DNA from: a bacterium
Lineage (GTDB): Bacteria > JAHJDO01
Assembly (NCBI GenBank): GCA_043824255.1
Contig: JBDRTG010000020.1
Location: 1-64,000, forward strand
Reading direction: 5' to 3'
Length of the DNA: 64,000 nucleotides
The notes beneath the pieces were generated by a model. The model did no database searches, was not told the DNA's origin, and saw only the letters and a program-made list of their open reading frames with translations. The first letter of the stretch is position 1. Every line of letters starts with the position of its first letter. This document shows positions 19,650 to 28,984 of this stretch, piece after piece. The position numbers were made by a program, and so were the translations under genes.

Positions 19650-20447
19650 ATGCGAATTATTGATTGTCATGTGCACATGAAAGACCAAGTTCCTGATGCT
19701 TCGGTAATTATCGATGCCATGGACAGAAATGGCGTCGAGCGAATGCTAGTTATGTCAAAGAACGAACGCAAATCTCTAGAGCTGACGCAACAGAACCTGC
19801 AGCACACTAAAGATCTGTGTGACCAAGCCAGGGACCGACTCACACCACTTGCGTGGCTAGAACCGACTATCAACGGCATGTCCGATCTTGCAAAGGCAGC
19901 TCTTTGCGATATGGGTTTTGCCGGCATCAAGCTTATTCCAGATCACTGGTTCGTGCACGAGGAGCGCCTTGAGCCATGGTGGGCGCTAATGAATGAACTC
20001 GCGGCTTCTATTCTGTTTCACACTGGCATTCTTTACGCTCATGAAGATGGTTCTAGATTCTGCCGCCCAGTGTACCTAGAGAAGCTGCTTCATTATCCAA
20101 AGATTCGTTTTGCAATGGCACATATTTCATGGCCGTGGTGTGAAGAGTGTCTGGCGGTCATGGGACGCATGAGGGCTTTCGGTTACCTCCAATGGCAGAG
20201 CTATATCGACATCACACCCGGAACACCCCGTCATATACGCAAGCAAGCCCTTGCCAACGCGATAGACTTCTGCGGTCCGGACCGCTTGATGTTTGGTACG
20301 GATGATACTATACCAAGTGATCTAAGCCACCAGAAGCGGTGCATCGAAACCGATCTGGGCATCTTCGACGAACTGGGACTCGATACACCCCAGAAAGAAC
20401 GTATCTTTGCTAGAACCGCAGATGACCTTTTCCCAAAGGCGAAGTGA
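19650..20447 (+). CDS. Amidohydrolase_2 family metal-dependent hydrolase (GC-rich, probably acquired)
   Basis: IIDCHVH, GIKL, FHTG, MAHISWP, LMFGTD; SD AGGAGG. Confidence 0.9.
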   Translation: MRIIDCHVHMKDQVPDASVIIDAMDRNGVERMLVMSKNERKSLELTQQNLQHTKDLCDQARDRLTPLAWLEPTINGMSDLAKAALCDMGFAGIKLIPDHWFVHEERLEPWWALMNELAASILFHTGILYAHEDGSRFCRPVYLEKLLHYPKIRFAMAHISWPWCEECLAVMGRMRAFGYLQWQSYIDITPGTPRHIRKQALANAIDFCGPDRLMFGTDDTIPSDLSHQKRCIETDLGIFDELGLDTPQKERIFARTADDLFPKAK

Positions 20448-20524
20448 GATCAACGTTTTTTGTTTATAAAGCAGCTAACAACAGTCTTGAAAAGATGTTT
20501 AAGGCGCTTGACAAATCCTGAAGT

Positions 20525-21526
20525 TCAAACTAGTTTCACTCCACGCTTGCCTTTTGAAACCTCTCCGAGCAAATAGGCTTTTTCTCCTATTTTAGAGAGA
20601 GAAGACATTACTTTGTCAGATTCTTTTTTGGAAACCACAAGTATCATTCCAATCCCCATATTAAACACTTTGAACATTTCCTTTGTTTCAATATCTCCTT
20701 TTTTCTGAATTTGTTCAAATATATGTGGTGTTTTCCAGCTTTTTGTATTTATATGAGCCTGGCAATCTTTTGGGAGAACTCTTACAAGATTCCCTTCAAT
20801 ACCTCCGCCAGTTATATGCGCCATACCTTTTATTTCGCATTTTTCCAAAAGATTCAGAATGACCTTGACATAAATTCTGGTAGGTGTCAGAAGCTCTTTC
20901 TTTAATCCTGAATCAATTTTATCCACATTAAACACCTTTCTTACTAAAGAAAAACCATTGCTGTGCAGCCCTGAGGATTGAAGTCCTATTATGAGATCAT
21001 CTGCAGTTATTTTTGTTCCGGTTATTATTTTATTCTTATCCACAATTCCTACAGTAAAACCTGCAAGCTCATATTCGCCCGGCTTATAAAATCCGGGCAT
21101 TTCTGCTGTTTCTCCGCCAAGCAAAGCGCACTCCGCCTCCCTGCAGCCCTTGACAATTCCTTCTACAACACTTGCTGCGCTTTTAACATTAAGACGCCCT
21201 GTAGCCAAATAATCAAGAAAAAATAAAGGCTTTGCGCCCTGCACAATAAGATCATTCACACACATTGCCACCAGGTCTATGCCAACAGTGTTATATGTTT
21301 TACACTTGCAGGCTATTTCAAGCTTTGTGCCAACACCATCTGTTGCGCCAACAAGAACTGGTTTAGTAAACTTAGTAATATCAGGCTCATAAAAGCCCGC
21401 AAAACTGCCTAAACCACTAAGTACACCTTTATCAAAGGTAGATTTTGCAAGAGGCTTTATTATGTCTACAAATTTATCCCCTTTTTTTATATCCACACCA
21501 GCTTTTTTATACGTTAATTTTTTCAT
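20525..21526 (-). CDS. purM: Phosphoribosylformylglycinamidine cyclo-ligase
   Basis: YKKAGVDI, TDGVGTK, GGETAEMPG, SSGLHSNG, HITGGG, FNMGIG. Confidence 0.97.
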   Translation of the reverse strand: MKKLTYKKAGVDIKKGDKFVDIIKPLAKSTFDKGVLSGLGSFAGFYEPDITKFTKPVLVGATDGVGTKLEIACKCKTYNTVGIDLVAMCVNDLIVQGAKPLFFLDYLATGRLNVKSAASVVEGIVKGCREAECALLGGETAEMPGFYKPGEYELAGFTVGIVDKNKIITGTKITADDLIIGLQSSGLHSNGFSLVRKVFNVDKIDSGLKKELLTPTRIYVKVILNLLEKCEIKGMAHITGGGIEGNLVRVLPKDCQAHINTKSWKTPHIFEQIQKKGDIETKEMFKVFNMGIGMILVVSKKESDKVMSSLSKIGEKAYLLGEVSKGKRGVKLV

Positions 21527-21536
21527 CTTTTATCAC

Positions 21537-21574
21537 AAAAAAAATAAGGCCCGGACACTAAAAAGCCGAGCCTT
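21537..21574 (-). terminator. Rho-independent terminator after the HU gene
   Basis: On the minus strand, AAGGCTCGG...CCGGGCCTT hairpin followed by A and a T-run. Confidence 0.7.
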
Positions 21575-21596
21575 GCGCTTTAAGAACATATCTTCT

Positions 21597-21872
21597 CTAG
21601 CCGAGCATCCTTTCTTTCATTATTTTTCCCGGCTTGAATAAAACAACCTTTCTTGCAGGGATAGGCACTTCTTGTCCAGTCTTTGGATTACGGCCCAATC
21701 TGGCTTTTCTCGACTTTTGTTTAAAAACACCAAAGTTGCGCAATTCCACTTTTTCTCCTTTGAGAACGCTGTCACACACATAGTGCAATAGTTTATCAAC
21801 CACTTTTGCTACGATAACTTGAGTCACTCCCAATTCTTCAGAAATTTTTATTACAATGTCTCTCTTTGTCAT
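21597..21872 (-). CDS. HU/IHF family DNA-binding protein
   Basis: MTKRDIV, VELRNFGVF, GRNPKTGQEVPIPAR...FKPGK. Confidence 0.95.
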   Translation of the reverse strand: MTKRDIVIKISEELGVTQVIVAKVVDKLLHYVCDSVLKGEKVELRNFGVFKQKSRKARLGRNPKTGQEVPIPARKVVLFKPGKIMKERMLG

Positions 21873-21885
21873 TACCTAATCCCCC

Positions 21886-22533
21886 CTACTTGATTTTGCT
21901 TTGCTCATCTTTCTTTATCTTGCTCGATATTCGGTCTAGCATGTTTCTAATATTAGTAATAATAGACTTATCCTCAACAACACTTTCCGCTGCTTGTGCA
22001 GGAACATTTGTCTTTGCCTCAGGTTCTGCAACAGTCTTTACAAAAAACACTCTATATCCAACATAAGCTCCTGCTGTCAAAATAGCTATTAGTATCACAA
22101 AAATGAAAAACTTAATTAATCCTCTTCTGATTTTAGGTATGATTACAGTTCCTATTTTGCTGATCTTTGAAAGCGTCTCCTTCTGCCCTTCAAGACCTCC
22201 CAATCGTTTATTTAAGAATATATAGGAAACATGCCAGTCATTTCCTAGTTTTCTGGATTGCATATCTGAGGCAGCTATATTGCTCAATGAAACTGACTGA
22301 CTAAGTATACTCGATATTTTATTATCAGGACTGTATTGACTTTCAAGTATCCCGATTATTGACTCATACTTACGCGCAAGAAGACTTTTGGATTCCATAA
22401 ACTCCTGCTCTTTTCCTGCATTTTTAGAAGCTAAATTCTCCCCACCTTGTTTTAGAAAGTCTCCAAATGCGACCCATAGCCGAATAAATTCCCCTAAAGC
22501 TATAATATCTGCTTCTAGTTTTCTATCACGCAT
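21886..22533 (-). CDS. Hypothetical single-pass membrane protein
   Basis: 215-aa ORF overlapping the rplU stop; one hydrophobic helix (FFIFVILIAILTAGAYVGY). Confidence 0.75.
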   Translation of the reverse strand: MRDRKLEADIIALGEFIRLWVAFGDFLKQGGENLASKNAGKEQEFMESKSLLARKYESIIGILESQYSPDNKISSILSQSVSLSNIAASDMQSRKLGNDWHVSYIFLNKRLGGLEGQKETLSKISKIGTVIIPKIRRGLIKFFIFVILIAILTAGAYVGYRVFFVKTVAEPEAKTNVPAQAAESVVEDKSIITNIRNMLDRISSKIKKDEQSKIK

Positions 22534-22858
22534 TCTTTTTCTCTACTTTCCCAAGAGATATTTTCCCAATCTTAACCTCCGTTAAAAGCTGCCTATGTCC
22601 AATCTTACGACTGTAACCCTTGCGTCTTTTCTTTTTAAACGCAATAACCTTTTTCCCTTTGACCTGCGAGATAACTTCCCCATGAACCTTAGCATTTTCT
22701 AGATGACTTTTATCTATGGATACGGTTTCTTTATCAGAAATCAAGATAGGTTCAAAATCGATCTTGCCACCAACCTTTTTTTCGATCTTCTCTATTTTTA
22801 TAACGTCCCCTTCTGAAACTTTGAACTGCTTACCACCTGTAACAATAACTGCTTGCAC
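22526..22858 (-). CDS. rplU: 50S ribosomal protein L21
   Basis: (M)QAVIVTGGKQFKVSEGD...KKRRKGYSRKIGHRQ; GTG start after AAGGGG. Confidence 0.96.
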   Translation of the reverse strand: MQAVIVTGGKQFKVSEGDVIKIEKIEKKVGGKIDFEPILISDKETVSIDKSHLENAKVHGEVISQVKGKKVIAFKKKRRKGYSRKIGHRQLLTEVKIGKISLGKVEKKNA

Positions 22859-22886
22859 TTTATATCCCCTTTCCAATTGTCAACGA

Positions 22887-22915
22887 AGATTACCATATAC
22901 ATAAGTAATTGTCAA
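22887..22915 (-). promoter_or_regulatory. Sigma70-type promoter for rplU
   Basis: TTGACA-17-TAATCT with a TG extension. Confidence 0.65.
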
Positions 22916-22941
22916 ACTCGAATGTCCTGCATGCCATAGTG

Positions 22942-24438
22942 TTACAAACAATCTATTTCCGAAGCCTCTATATGCATACTCAGATCTGATTCTAGAATTA
23001 TTTTCTTATTATATGTTAATTCCAACCCAGTCAATGTTTTCCTATAATGCTTTGTAAGATGAGAAGATATAGACGGGTGAATTTTTACCCAGATAGTCTG
23101 CATTGATCTGGTTGCACATAACTGCTCTACCCTTCTCTGTAATTCAATGCATGTAGTTGCTAATGACTTTATATTGCCATTTCCCTTACAATAAGGACAA
23201 ACTTGAAATAAGTAATCAATGACACTTTGCTTAACTCTTTGTCTGGTCATTTCTACAAGACCAAGTTTGCTCAATTGCGCTACTGTAGTCTTAGCCCTAT
23301 CCCTTTTTAAAGCATCTTTAAAGACTTGCAGTAACTTATGTTTATGCTTTTCGTACTTCATATCAATAAAATCAATTATTATAATTCCGCCCATATCCTT
23401 GAGACGAAGCTGACGAGCTATCTCTACAGCAGCCTCAAGATTAGTTTTTAAAACTGTATCATCTAAGGAGGTTTTTCCAACATATTTCCCTGTATTTACG
23501 TCTATAGAAACAAGAGCCTCTGTCTGCTCAATTAATATCCACCCACCGCTTTTTAATCTTACTTTGTTTCGCAACGCCTTATCTATCTCTTTTTCTAGAT
23601 TATACTTATCAAATAACTTTTGTTTCTCATTGTATAATTTTATGCGAGATTTCATTTCAGGCAATACTCCACCCACGAATTGCCTCAACTTGTTATATTC
23701 ATCACTTGAATCTATTAGCACCGTTTGGATATCGGGTCGCAATAAGTCCCTTACAAGCCTGTGGATCAAATTATACTCTTGATAAACTACAGTCAATGCC
23801 TCAGATATTTTTGCCCTTTTTTGAATTCTTCTCCAAAGTCTTACCAAATAATTAATTTCATCATAGAACTCCTTTTCTGTCTTTCCTACACCTCCTGTTC
23901 TAATAATGAGCCCCATATTCTCAGTTCTAATTTTTTTAGCAATCTCCTTTAAACGATATCTTTCATTTTGGTCATCTATCTTTCTGGATACACCTATGTG
24001 ATCAACTGTTGGCATCAAAACCAAGAATCTGCCGGGTATGGAAATAAAAGAGGATAGTTTCACTCCTTTGGTTCCCAATTGTTCCTTTATGACTTGAACA
24101 AGTATTTCCTGTTCATTAGTCAATATATCTGATATAGAGTCTTTTCGGGATCTCCTCGAAACTATTTCACCATTTCCTTCGCACTCTTCCACATCTTCTG
24201 GTATTGCTGAAGGAGTCGCTATATCCTTAACGTGCAGAAATCCATTTTTCTCCAGCCCTATATCTACAAATGCGGACTGTATGCCTGGCAATATGGCTTT
24301 TACTTTGCCCTTGTAAATATTGCCTGCAATGCGTCTTTCTCCCTTTCTTTCAATAGCAAACTCCGCTAACACACCTTCTTCCAATAACGCTGTCCTCACT
24401 TCATAAGCGTCTACGCTTATAATCAATTCTTTTTTCAC
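22942..24438 (-). CDS. rng: Rne/Rng family ribonuclease (RNase G-sized)
   Basis: GNIYKGKV, AFVDIG, TEALVSIDVNTG, GGIIIIDFIDM, CPYCKG. Confidence 0.92.
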   Translation of the reverse strand: MKKELIISVDAYEVRTALLEEGVLAEFAIERKGERRIAGNIYKGKVKAILPGIQSAFVDIGLEKNGFLHVKDIATPSAIPEDVEECEGNGEIVSRRSRKDSISDILTNEQEILVQVIKEQLGTKGVKLSSFISIPGRFLVLMPTVDHIGVSRKIDDQNERYRLKEIAKKIRTENMGLIIRTGGVGKTEKEFYDEINYLVRLWRRIQKRAKISEALTVVYQEYNLIHRLVRDLLRPDIQTVLIDSSDEYNKLRQFVGGVLPEMKSRIKLYNEKQKLFDKYNLEKEIDKALRNKVRLKSGGWILIEQTEALVSIDVNTGKYVGKTSLDDTVLKTNLEAAVEIARQLRLKDMGGIIIIDFIDMKYEKHKHKLLQVFKDALKRDRAKTTVAQLSKLGLVEMTRQRVKQSVIDYLFQVCPYCKGNGNIKSLATTCIELQRRVEQLCATRSMQTIWVKIHPSISSHLTKHYRKTLTGLELTYNKKIILESDLSMHIEASEIDCL

Positions 24439-24463
24439 TACATTCTCCTAAATGTTTACTTAG

Positions 24464-24549
24464 TGCCGGAGGAGGGAGTCGAACCCTCACGGAGTTTAAG
24501 CTCCACCGGATTTTGAGTCCGGCGCGTCTGCCAATTTCACCACCCCGGC
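24464..24549 (-). tRNA. tRNA-Leu(CAA), long variable arm, CCA not encoded
   Basis: GCCGGGG...CTCCGGC-A acceptor; anticodon arm CCGGA-CTCAAAA-TCCGG; T-loop GGTTCGACT. Confidence 0.96.
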
Positions 24550-24578
24550 TAGTCCTTTAAACTCGCATCTCTATTATA

Positions 24579-25529
24579 TCAGTTACAGTCTGGCACCAGT
24601 GGGCCTGCAAGCTCTTTAAGAAAGAAGAGTTTTCCAGCCAAAGTAGGCATGAAACTGGAAGGAATCCAGATGTTTGGCCCGTGTCTTAAAGTAACCCAGA
24701 GAGATAATCCCTGCCACATCATTCCCCTACCTAATGTCCCATCACATCCGCCGATTATTTTATCTGCCTTAAGAAATAGGCCTGGTCCAATTGTATTGGC
24801 AAAACATGGAACTAGAGTTGTACGACTCTTAAAACTGGTTATTGCGTTCTGTTCTATGGTCAAAGGATGTAGTTTTGCTCCCAATCTGTATTCCTGCTTC
24901 TTCCATTCTTCCTCTCCTGAAAATTCGCCGGCAAAATGCGGCTCCCAAAAAGCAATATGAAACACTCTTCCAATACCAAAGACAACTACAAGCTTCGCTC
25001 CTTCTGCCTTGAGTTCTCTTATCCTCTCAGGATATGTTGGGAGAACATTCTTAAGCGCAAAATGCCGTTGGTCTTTCGGAACAGTTAGACCCTCAAGTGG
25101 CCCGTATAAAGCTTGTTCCATTGCATTTTGAAAAGCTCCTATATTATCAGACGGCAATGTATTTCCGTCTTTATCGCTCCATTCATCCATGTTAAATCCA
25201 TAAACATGCTTACAATCTACTGCCCATTCTTTTAGAAAATAAACAGCCCATTTATACATTCCCATAGGACCAACAGGCAATATAAACGCTATCCTCCTGC
25301 CCTCATCCCTTGCCCTTTTAATCTCTATAGCTATTTCATGCCCCATCATAGTATCAAAATCACTTAAGGTTTCGCATGGAACAGGTTCAAACTCCTTGTT
25401 CCACCAATCCTGACGCTCAGTAATTAACTCCGGGGGATTATCACAACATTTATCCAGTTTCTCAATATCCCATCCTCGCGGGAAGAAATTCTCTAACAAA
25501 GATCCCTTAATTGTGCTCATTAAATCCAT
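24579..25529 (-). CDS. Glucosamine-6-phosphate isomerase/deaminase-like (NagB fold) protein
   Basis: [29 protein letters not shown]. Confidence 0.8.
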   Translation of the reverse strand: MDLMSTIKGSLLENFFPRGWDIEKLDKCCDNPPELITERQDWWNKEFEPVPCETLSDFDTMMGHEIAIEIKRARDEGRRIAFILPVGPMGMYKWAVYFLKEWAVDCKHVYGFNMDEWSDKDGNTLPSDNIGAFQNAMEQALYGPLEGLTVPKDQRHFALKNVLPTYPERIRELKAEGAKLVVVFGIGRVFHIAFWEPHFAGEFSGEEEWKKQEYRLGAKLHPLTIEQNAITSFKSRTTLVPCFANTIGPGLFLKADKIIGGCDGTLGRGMMWQGLSLWVTLRHGPNIWIPSSFMPTLAGKLFFLKELAGPLVPDCN

Positions 25530-25531
25530 AA

Positions 25532-26308
25532 TTATCCTCCATTATCTTGCTTCTTATATTTAACCTTATTCTTTAACAACTTCTCTAAGATATTATCCTG
25601 AGGGAACGGATGTCCTTTATGCTGCCTGAATCCTTCGGCATATTTTATGCCAATTTCTTTTCCTCTTCTGCTTGAAATCTCCTTCATAGTCTCTGTGTAT
25701 TTGTCCATACCGTGCTGTCTTTTCAGCCAGAGGCGTTGACTTTCATGTTTCCTTAACATACTTATTTTGGTTTCCATTACATCTTTAATATCTACATAAA
25801 ATTCTGGGTGTATAGAATCGCCAAACCTATCCTTTAATTCTAGGGGATCTCCATAGTATAGATGTGGTATTTTGGACGTAGCTTTTGCTGGATTTACTAA
25901 ACCAGTGTGATAATTGGGAATTGGTGCGTTGAAACACCCGTCCCACACTAAATCAGCAGTTATCTCATGGTCTTTCATATAATCCTGAGGAGACATGGTA
26001 ATAACAATGTCAGGGTCTATTTTTCGTATCATTTCTGTAACCATAAATCTTGTGGGATTATCAAACACAACATGCAAACAGGATATGCCACAGCTAATAT
26101 ATTCTGCTCCGAGCAATTTTGCTGATGACTTAGCTTCCATATACCGTTTTCTGCTCAAGTCTGCTGGAACATACTCAACAGACCCCATATCACCTGAACC
26201 TACAGTTGCAATGGTTATCTTATGCCCTTTTTTCTTCAGCAGAGCAAGAGTTCCAGCCATAATGAATTCTATATCATCGGGATGCATTCCAATACCAAAA
26301 ATCTTCAT
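25532..26308 (-). CDS. PIG-L/LmbE family N-acetyl-sugar deacetylase
   Basis: HPDDIE, DYMKDH, HESQ, YAEGF. Confidence 0.9.
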   Translation of the reverse strand: MKIFGIGMHPDDIEFIMAGTLALLKKKGHKITIATVGSGDMGSVEYVPADLSRKRYMEAKSSAKLLGAEYISCGISCLHVVFDNPTRFMVTEMIRKIDPDIVITMSPQDYMKDHEITADLVWDGCFNAPIPNYHTGLVNPAKATSKIPHLYYGDPLELKDRFGDSIHPEFYVDIKDVMETKISMLRKHESQRLWLKRQHGMDKYTETMKEISSRRGKEIGIKYAEGFRQHKGHPFPQDNILEKLLKNKVKYKKQDNGG

Positions 26309-26329
26309 GATTTCATACCCTCCTTCCTC

Positions 26330-27112
26330 CTATTTTATCTTATGTTCGTATCTTTTACCACTCTCTAATTCCACAGTAACACTGCCTCTGAGTATATTTA
26401 AATCAACCACCTTCCCCTGCCCATATTCTGTATCTACCGTTGCATCTATTTTAGGAAAAGACTTTTTCATCTCTTGATACGACTTTGATTCATATCTCAG
26501 GCAACACATCAAGCGACCACATAAGCCTGATATTTTTGAGGGGTCTAAGTGAAAATTCTGAGATTTAGCATTTTGAATGGTAACTGCCTGAAACTCCTTA
26601 ATGAAACTTGCACAACAAAGAACTCTCCCGCAATGCCCACAATATCCTGCAATATTTTTTGCTCTATCTCGTACGCCTACTTGTCTTAATTCTATTCTTG
26701 TTTTTAATGTATGCTCAATGTCTTTTAACAGGTCTCTAAAATCCACTCTATCTTCCGCCACAAAATGGAATATTATTTTATTTCCCTCATGTATGCACTT
26801 TGCATCTATAACTCTAATTGGAAGATTATGTTTGGCTACTTTTTCTAAACATATTGCTAATGACTTTTTCTCTCGCTCAAATATATCCTTTATCTGACTT
26901 ATATCACTCTCCGTTGCAACTCTAATGATTTGTCCTCTTTCTTTAGAGCATATACAATCAGCTACCTCTTGTATCCCTGATACAATTTTAGCGTAATATT
27001 TGTCGCCATCTACTTCTATTAGACAGTAATCATTATACTTGGCAACAGTGTTGCCAATATCAAGCCATAATGTTCTGTCTTTGCAAATCCTAACCTGGGT
27101 TATTTTATGCAT
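26330..27112 (-). CDS. PSP1/YaaT (RicT) family protein
   Basis: RVDFRDL, RIELRQVGVRD, CGRVLCC, KISGLCGRLMCCLRYE; follows holB. Confidence 0.92.
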   Translation of the reverse strand: MHKITQVRICKDRTLWLDIGNTVAKYNDYCLIEVDGDKYYAKIVSGIQEVADCICSKERGQIIRVATESDISQIKDIFEREKKSLAICLEKVAKHNLPIRVIDAKCIHEGNKIIFHFVAEDRVDFRDLLKDIEHTLKTRIELRQVGVRDRAKNIAGYCGHCGRVLCCASFIKEFQAVTIQNAKSQNFHLDPSKISGLCGRLMCCLRYESKSYQEMKKSFPKIDATVDTEYGQGKVVDLNILRGSVTVELESGKRYEHKIK

Positions 27113-28139
27113 CTACTTTTCCTTGTATATCTAAAAACAACCTCTCCAGAATAAGTTGAGAACTGACATTGTTTCTTATATACGTCTTCATATCAGTAAT
27201 TGTGTTCAAAAACCTTTCTATCTGAGACAGAGAAAATTTATTCTCTAATTGCTTAAGATCTTCCCTAATATCCAAATTAATAAGAGAAACTTGTTCTCTA
27301 TCCTGCTTCAAGATTGCAATATCTCTGAGGCATGTCGTAAGCATGTCTAAGCTCATATGCAACTTGTTTCTATATTCCGCAACATCCCTGCCTCGCTCAC
27401 CATTATCATTGTTAAACACTTCCTTATTAAACTCCTCTGCAAGAGTAATCACATCTTCATTCTTCAATCTGCTAAGCATATCCATTAACCTACTCTTTAC
27501 AAGAGGTATTTGTGTGTCATCCTTCAACTCAAGTGCCTCTCCTAAACTACCCTGTGATAAATTGGCTATGAAATGAGCAAGAGATTTGTTTACTCCATGA
27601 TGTTCTACTAAAAAGCTCTCAATTCTATGAAGCTCTATCCTGTTAAAAGGAACTGCTTGGCAGCGTGAAACTATGGTCTGTAAAAGCAGATGCGAGCTTG
27701 TAGAGGTTAAGATTAATACGGAATTTTCAGGTGGCTCCTCCAAAGTTTTTAAAAGGCAGTTTGCAGCCTGAATAGTCAAATTTTCTGCTTCTGCAATAAT
27801 ATATACTTTTTTCTTACCCTCATATGTTTTAAATGATATTTGTGTTCTTAATTCTCTAATATTATCAATTGTTATAGATAAAGAAGCCCCTGTTGGATAA
27901 ATGCATTTTACATCTGGATGTATAGAAGCATCTATCTTTTTGCAGCATACGCATCTATCACAAGGAATCTTAGCAGACCCATCACAATTTAACGCTTTGG
28001 CAAGATTAATTGCTGCCAACATTTTACCTACTCCATGGGGGCCAATGAACAGGTAAGCATGAGGAACTCTTCCATGTTTCAACGAATTCTGCAAAAGCTT
28101 TACAGCTATTTCCTGCCCGATAATATCATTAAACGACAT
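27105..28139 (-). CDS. holB: DNA polymerase III subunit delta'
   Basis: HAYLFIGPHGVGK, Zn-finger Cys, HPDV, AANCLLKTLEEPP, TIVSRC. Confidence 0.95.
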   Translation of the reverse strand: MSFNDIIGQEIAVKLLQNSLKHGRVPHAYLFIGPHGVGKMLAAINLAKALNCDGSAKIPCDRCVCCKKIDASIHPDVKCIYPTGASLSITIDNIRELRTQISFKTYEGKKKVYIIAEAENLTIQAANCLLKTLEEPPENSVLILTSTSSHLLLQTIVSRCQAVPFNRIELHRIESFLVEHHGVNKSLAHFIANLSQGSLGEALELKDDTQIPLVKSRLMDMLSRLKNEDVITLAEEFNKEVFNNDNGERGRDVAEYRNKLHMSLDMLTTCLRDIAILKQDREQVSLINLDIREDLKQLENKFSLSQIERFLNTITDMKTYIRNNVSSQLILERLFLDIQGKVDA

Positions 28140-28791
28140 AATTATTTCTTCTCAATAAATCATCTATATGCTTTTGGATTTCTAACTGTGTCTTACTGAT
28201 TTCGCTTTTTACTGTAACTACTTTTATACGTTCAGACTCTCTTCGAGCAAGATTAAGATATCCTTCCCGCACTCTTTTATGAAATTCAACATCTTCCTGT
28301 TCAATCCTATCACTCTCCCCTCTTGGAAAGGAATCCTTTGATAAGTGCAGGGATTTTTCTAACCCGATATTCACGTCAATATCCAAAAGAATTGTCAGGT
28401 CTGGTTTTATCTTGTTTACAGCAAAGTCATTTATATGCTCTATAATACTCAGATCTATTCCCCTTCCATACCCTTGATATGCAAATGTAGCATCATAGAA
28501 ACGATCACAAATTACAGTAATATTTTTTTTTAATGCAGGAATAATAATCTCATCAACATGCTGCGCTCGTGCTGCTTCATACAGCAATAATTCGGTTCTT
28601 GCTGACATATTCTTGTACAGAGGAGAGAGCAGTAATTGCCTCATTTTTTCTCCTAATGCCGTGCTGCCCGGCTCCCTTGTGCAATAAGTCTGAATATCTT
28701 TCTGAGTAAGATAACTAGCAATCAACCCGGAATGCGTAGATTTCCCACTACCCTCAGGCCCCTCCAATGTTAATAGAAACCCTCTTTTCAT
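28129..28791 (-). CDS. tmk: Thymidylate kinase
   Basis: LEGPEGSGKST, TREPG, CDRFYDATFAYQGYGRG. Confidence 0.97.
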   Translation of the reverse strand: MKRGFLLTLEGPEGSGKSTHSGLIASYLTQKDIQTYCTREPGSTALGEKMRQLLLSPLYKNMSARTELLLYEAARAQHVDEIIIPALKKNITVICDRFYDATFAYQGYGRGIDLSIIEHINDFAVNKIKPDLTILLDIDVNIGLEKSLHLSKDSFPRGESDRIEQEDVEFHKRVREGYLNLARRESERIKVVTVKSEISKTQLEIQKHIDDLLRRNNYVV

Positions 28792-28800
28792 AATGCAACA

Positions 28801-28828
28801 ATTATAGCATTACATGCTGTTTTGTCTA
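28801..28828 (-). promoter_or_regulatory. Promoter for the tmk operon (near-leaderless)
   Basis: TAGACA-16-TATAAT with a TG extension, 9 nt before the ATG. Confidence 0.6.
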
Positions 28829-28887
28829 TTGGAATTTGCACCTTGAACTGGGCTATGGTTTTTGTTAGTATACTTGGGATTATACCT

Positions 28888-28961
28888 GCGCCAGTAGCTC
28901 AGTTGGATAGAGCATCTGCCTTCTAAGCAGAGGGTCAGGGGTTCGAATCCCTTCTGGCGTA
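28888..28961 (+). tRNA. tRNA-Arg(TCT), CCA not encoded
   Basis: GCGCCAG...CTGGCGT-A acceptor; TCTGC-CTTCTAA-GCAGA anticodon arm; GGTTCGAATCC. Confidence 0.97.
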
Positions 28962-28984
28962 CTTTTTAGATTAGGAGAAAAACA

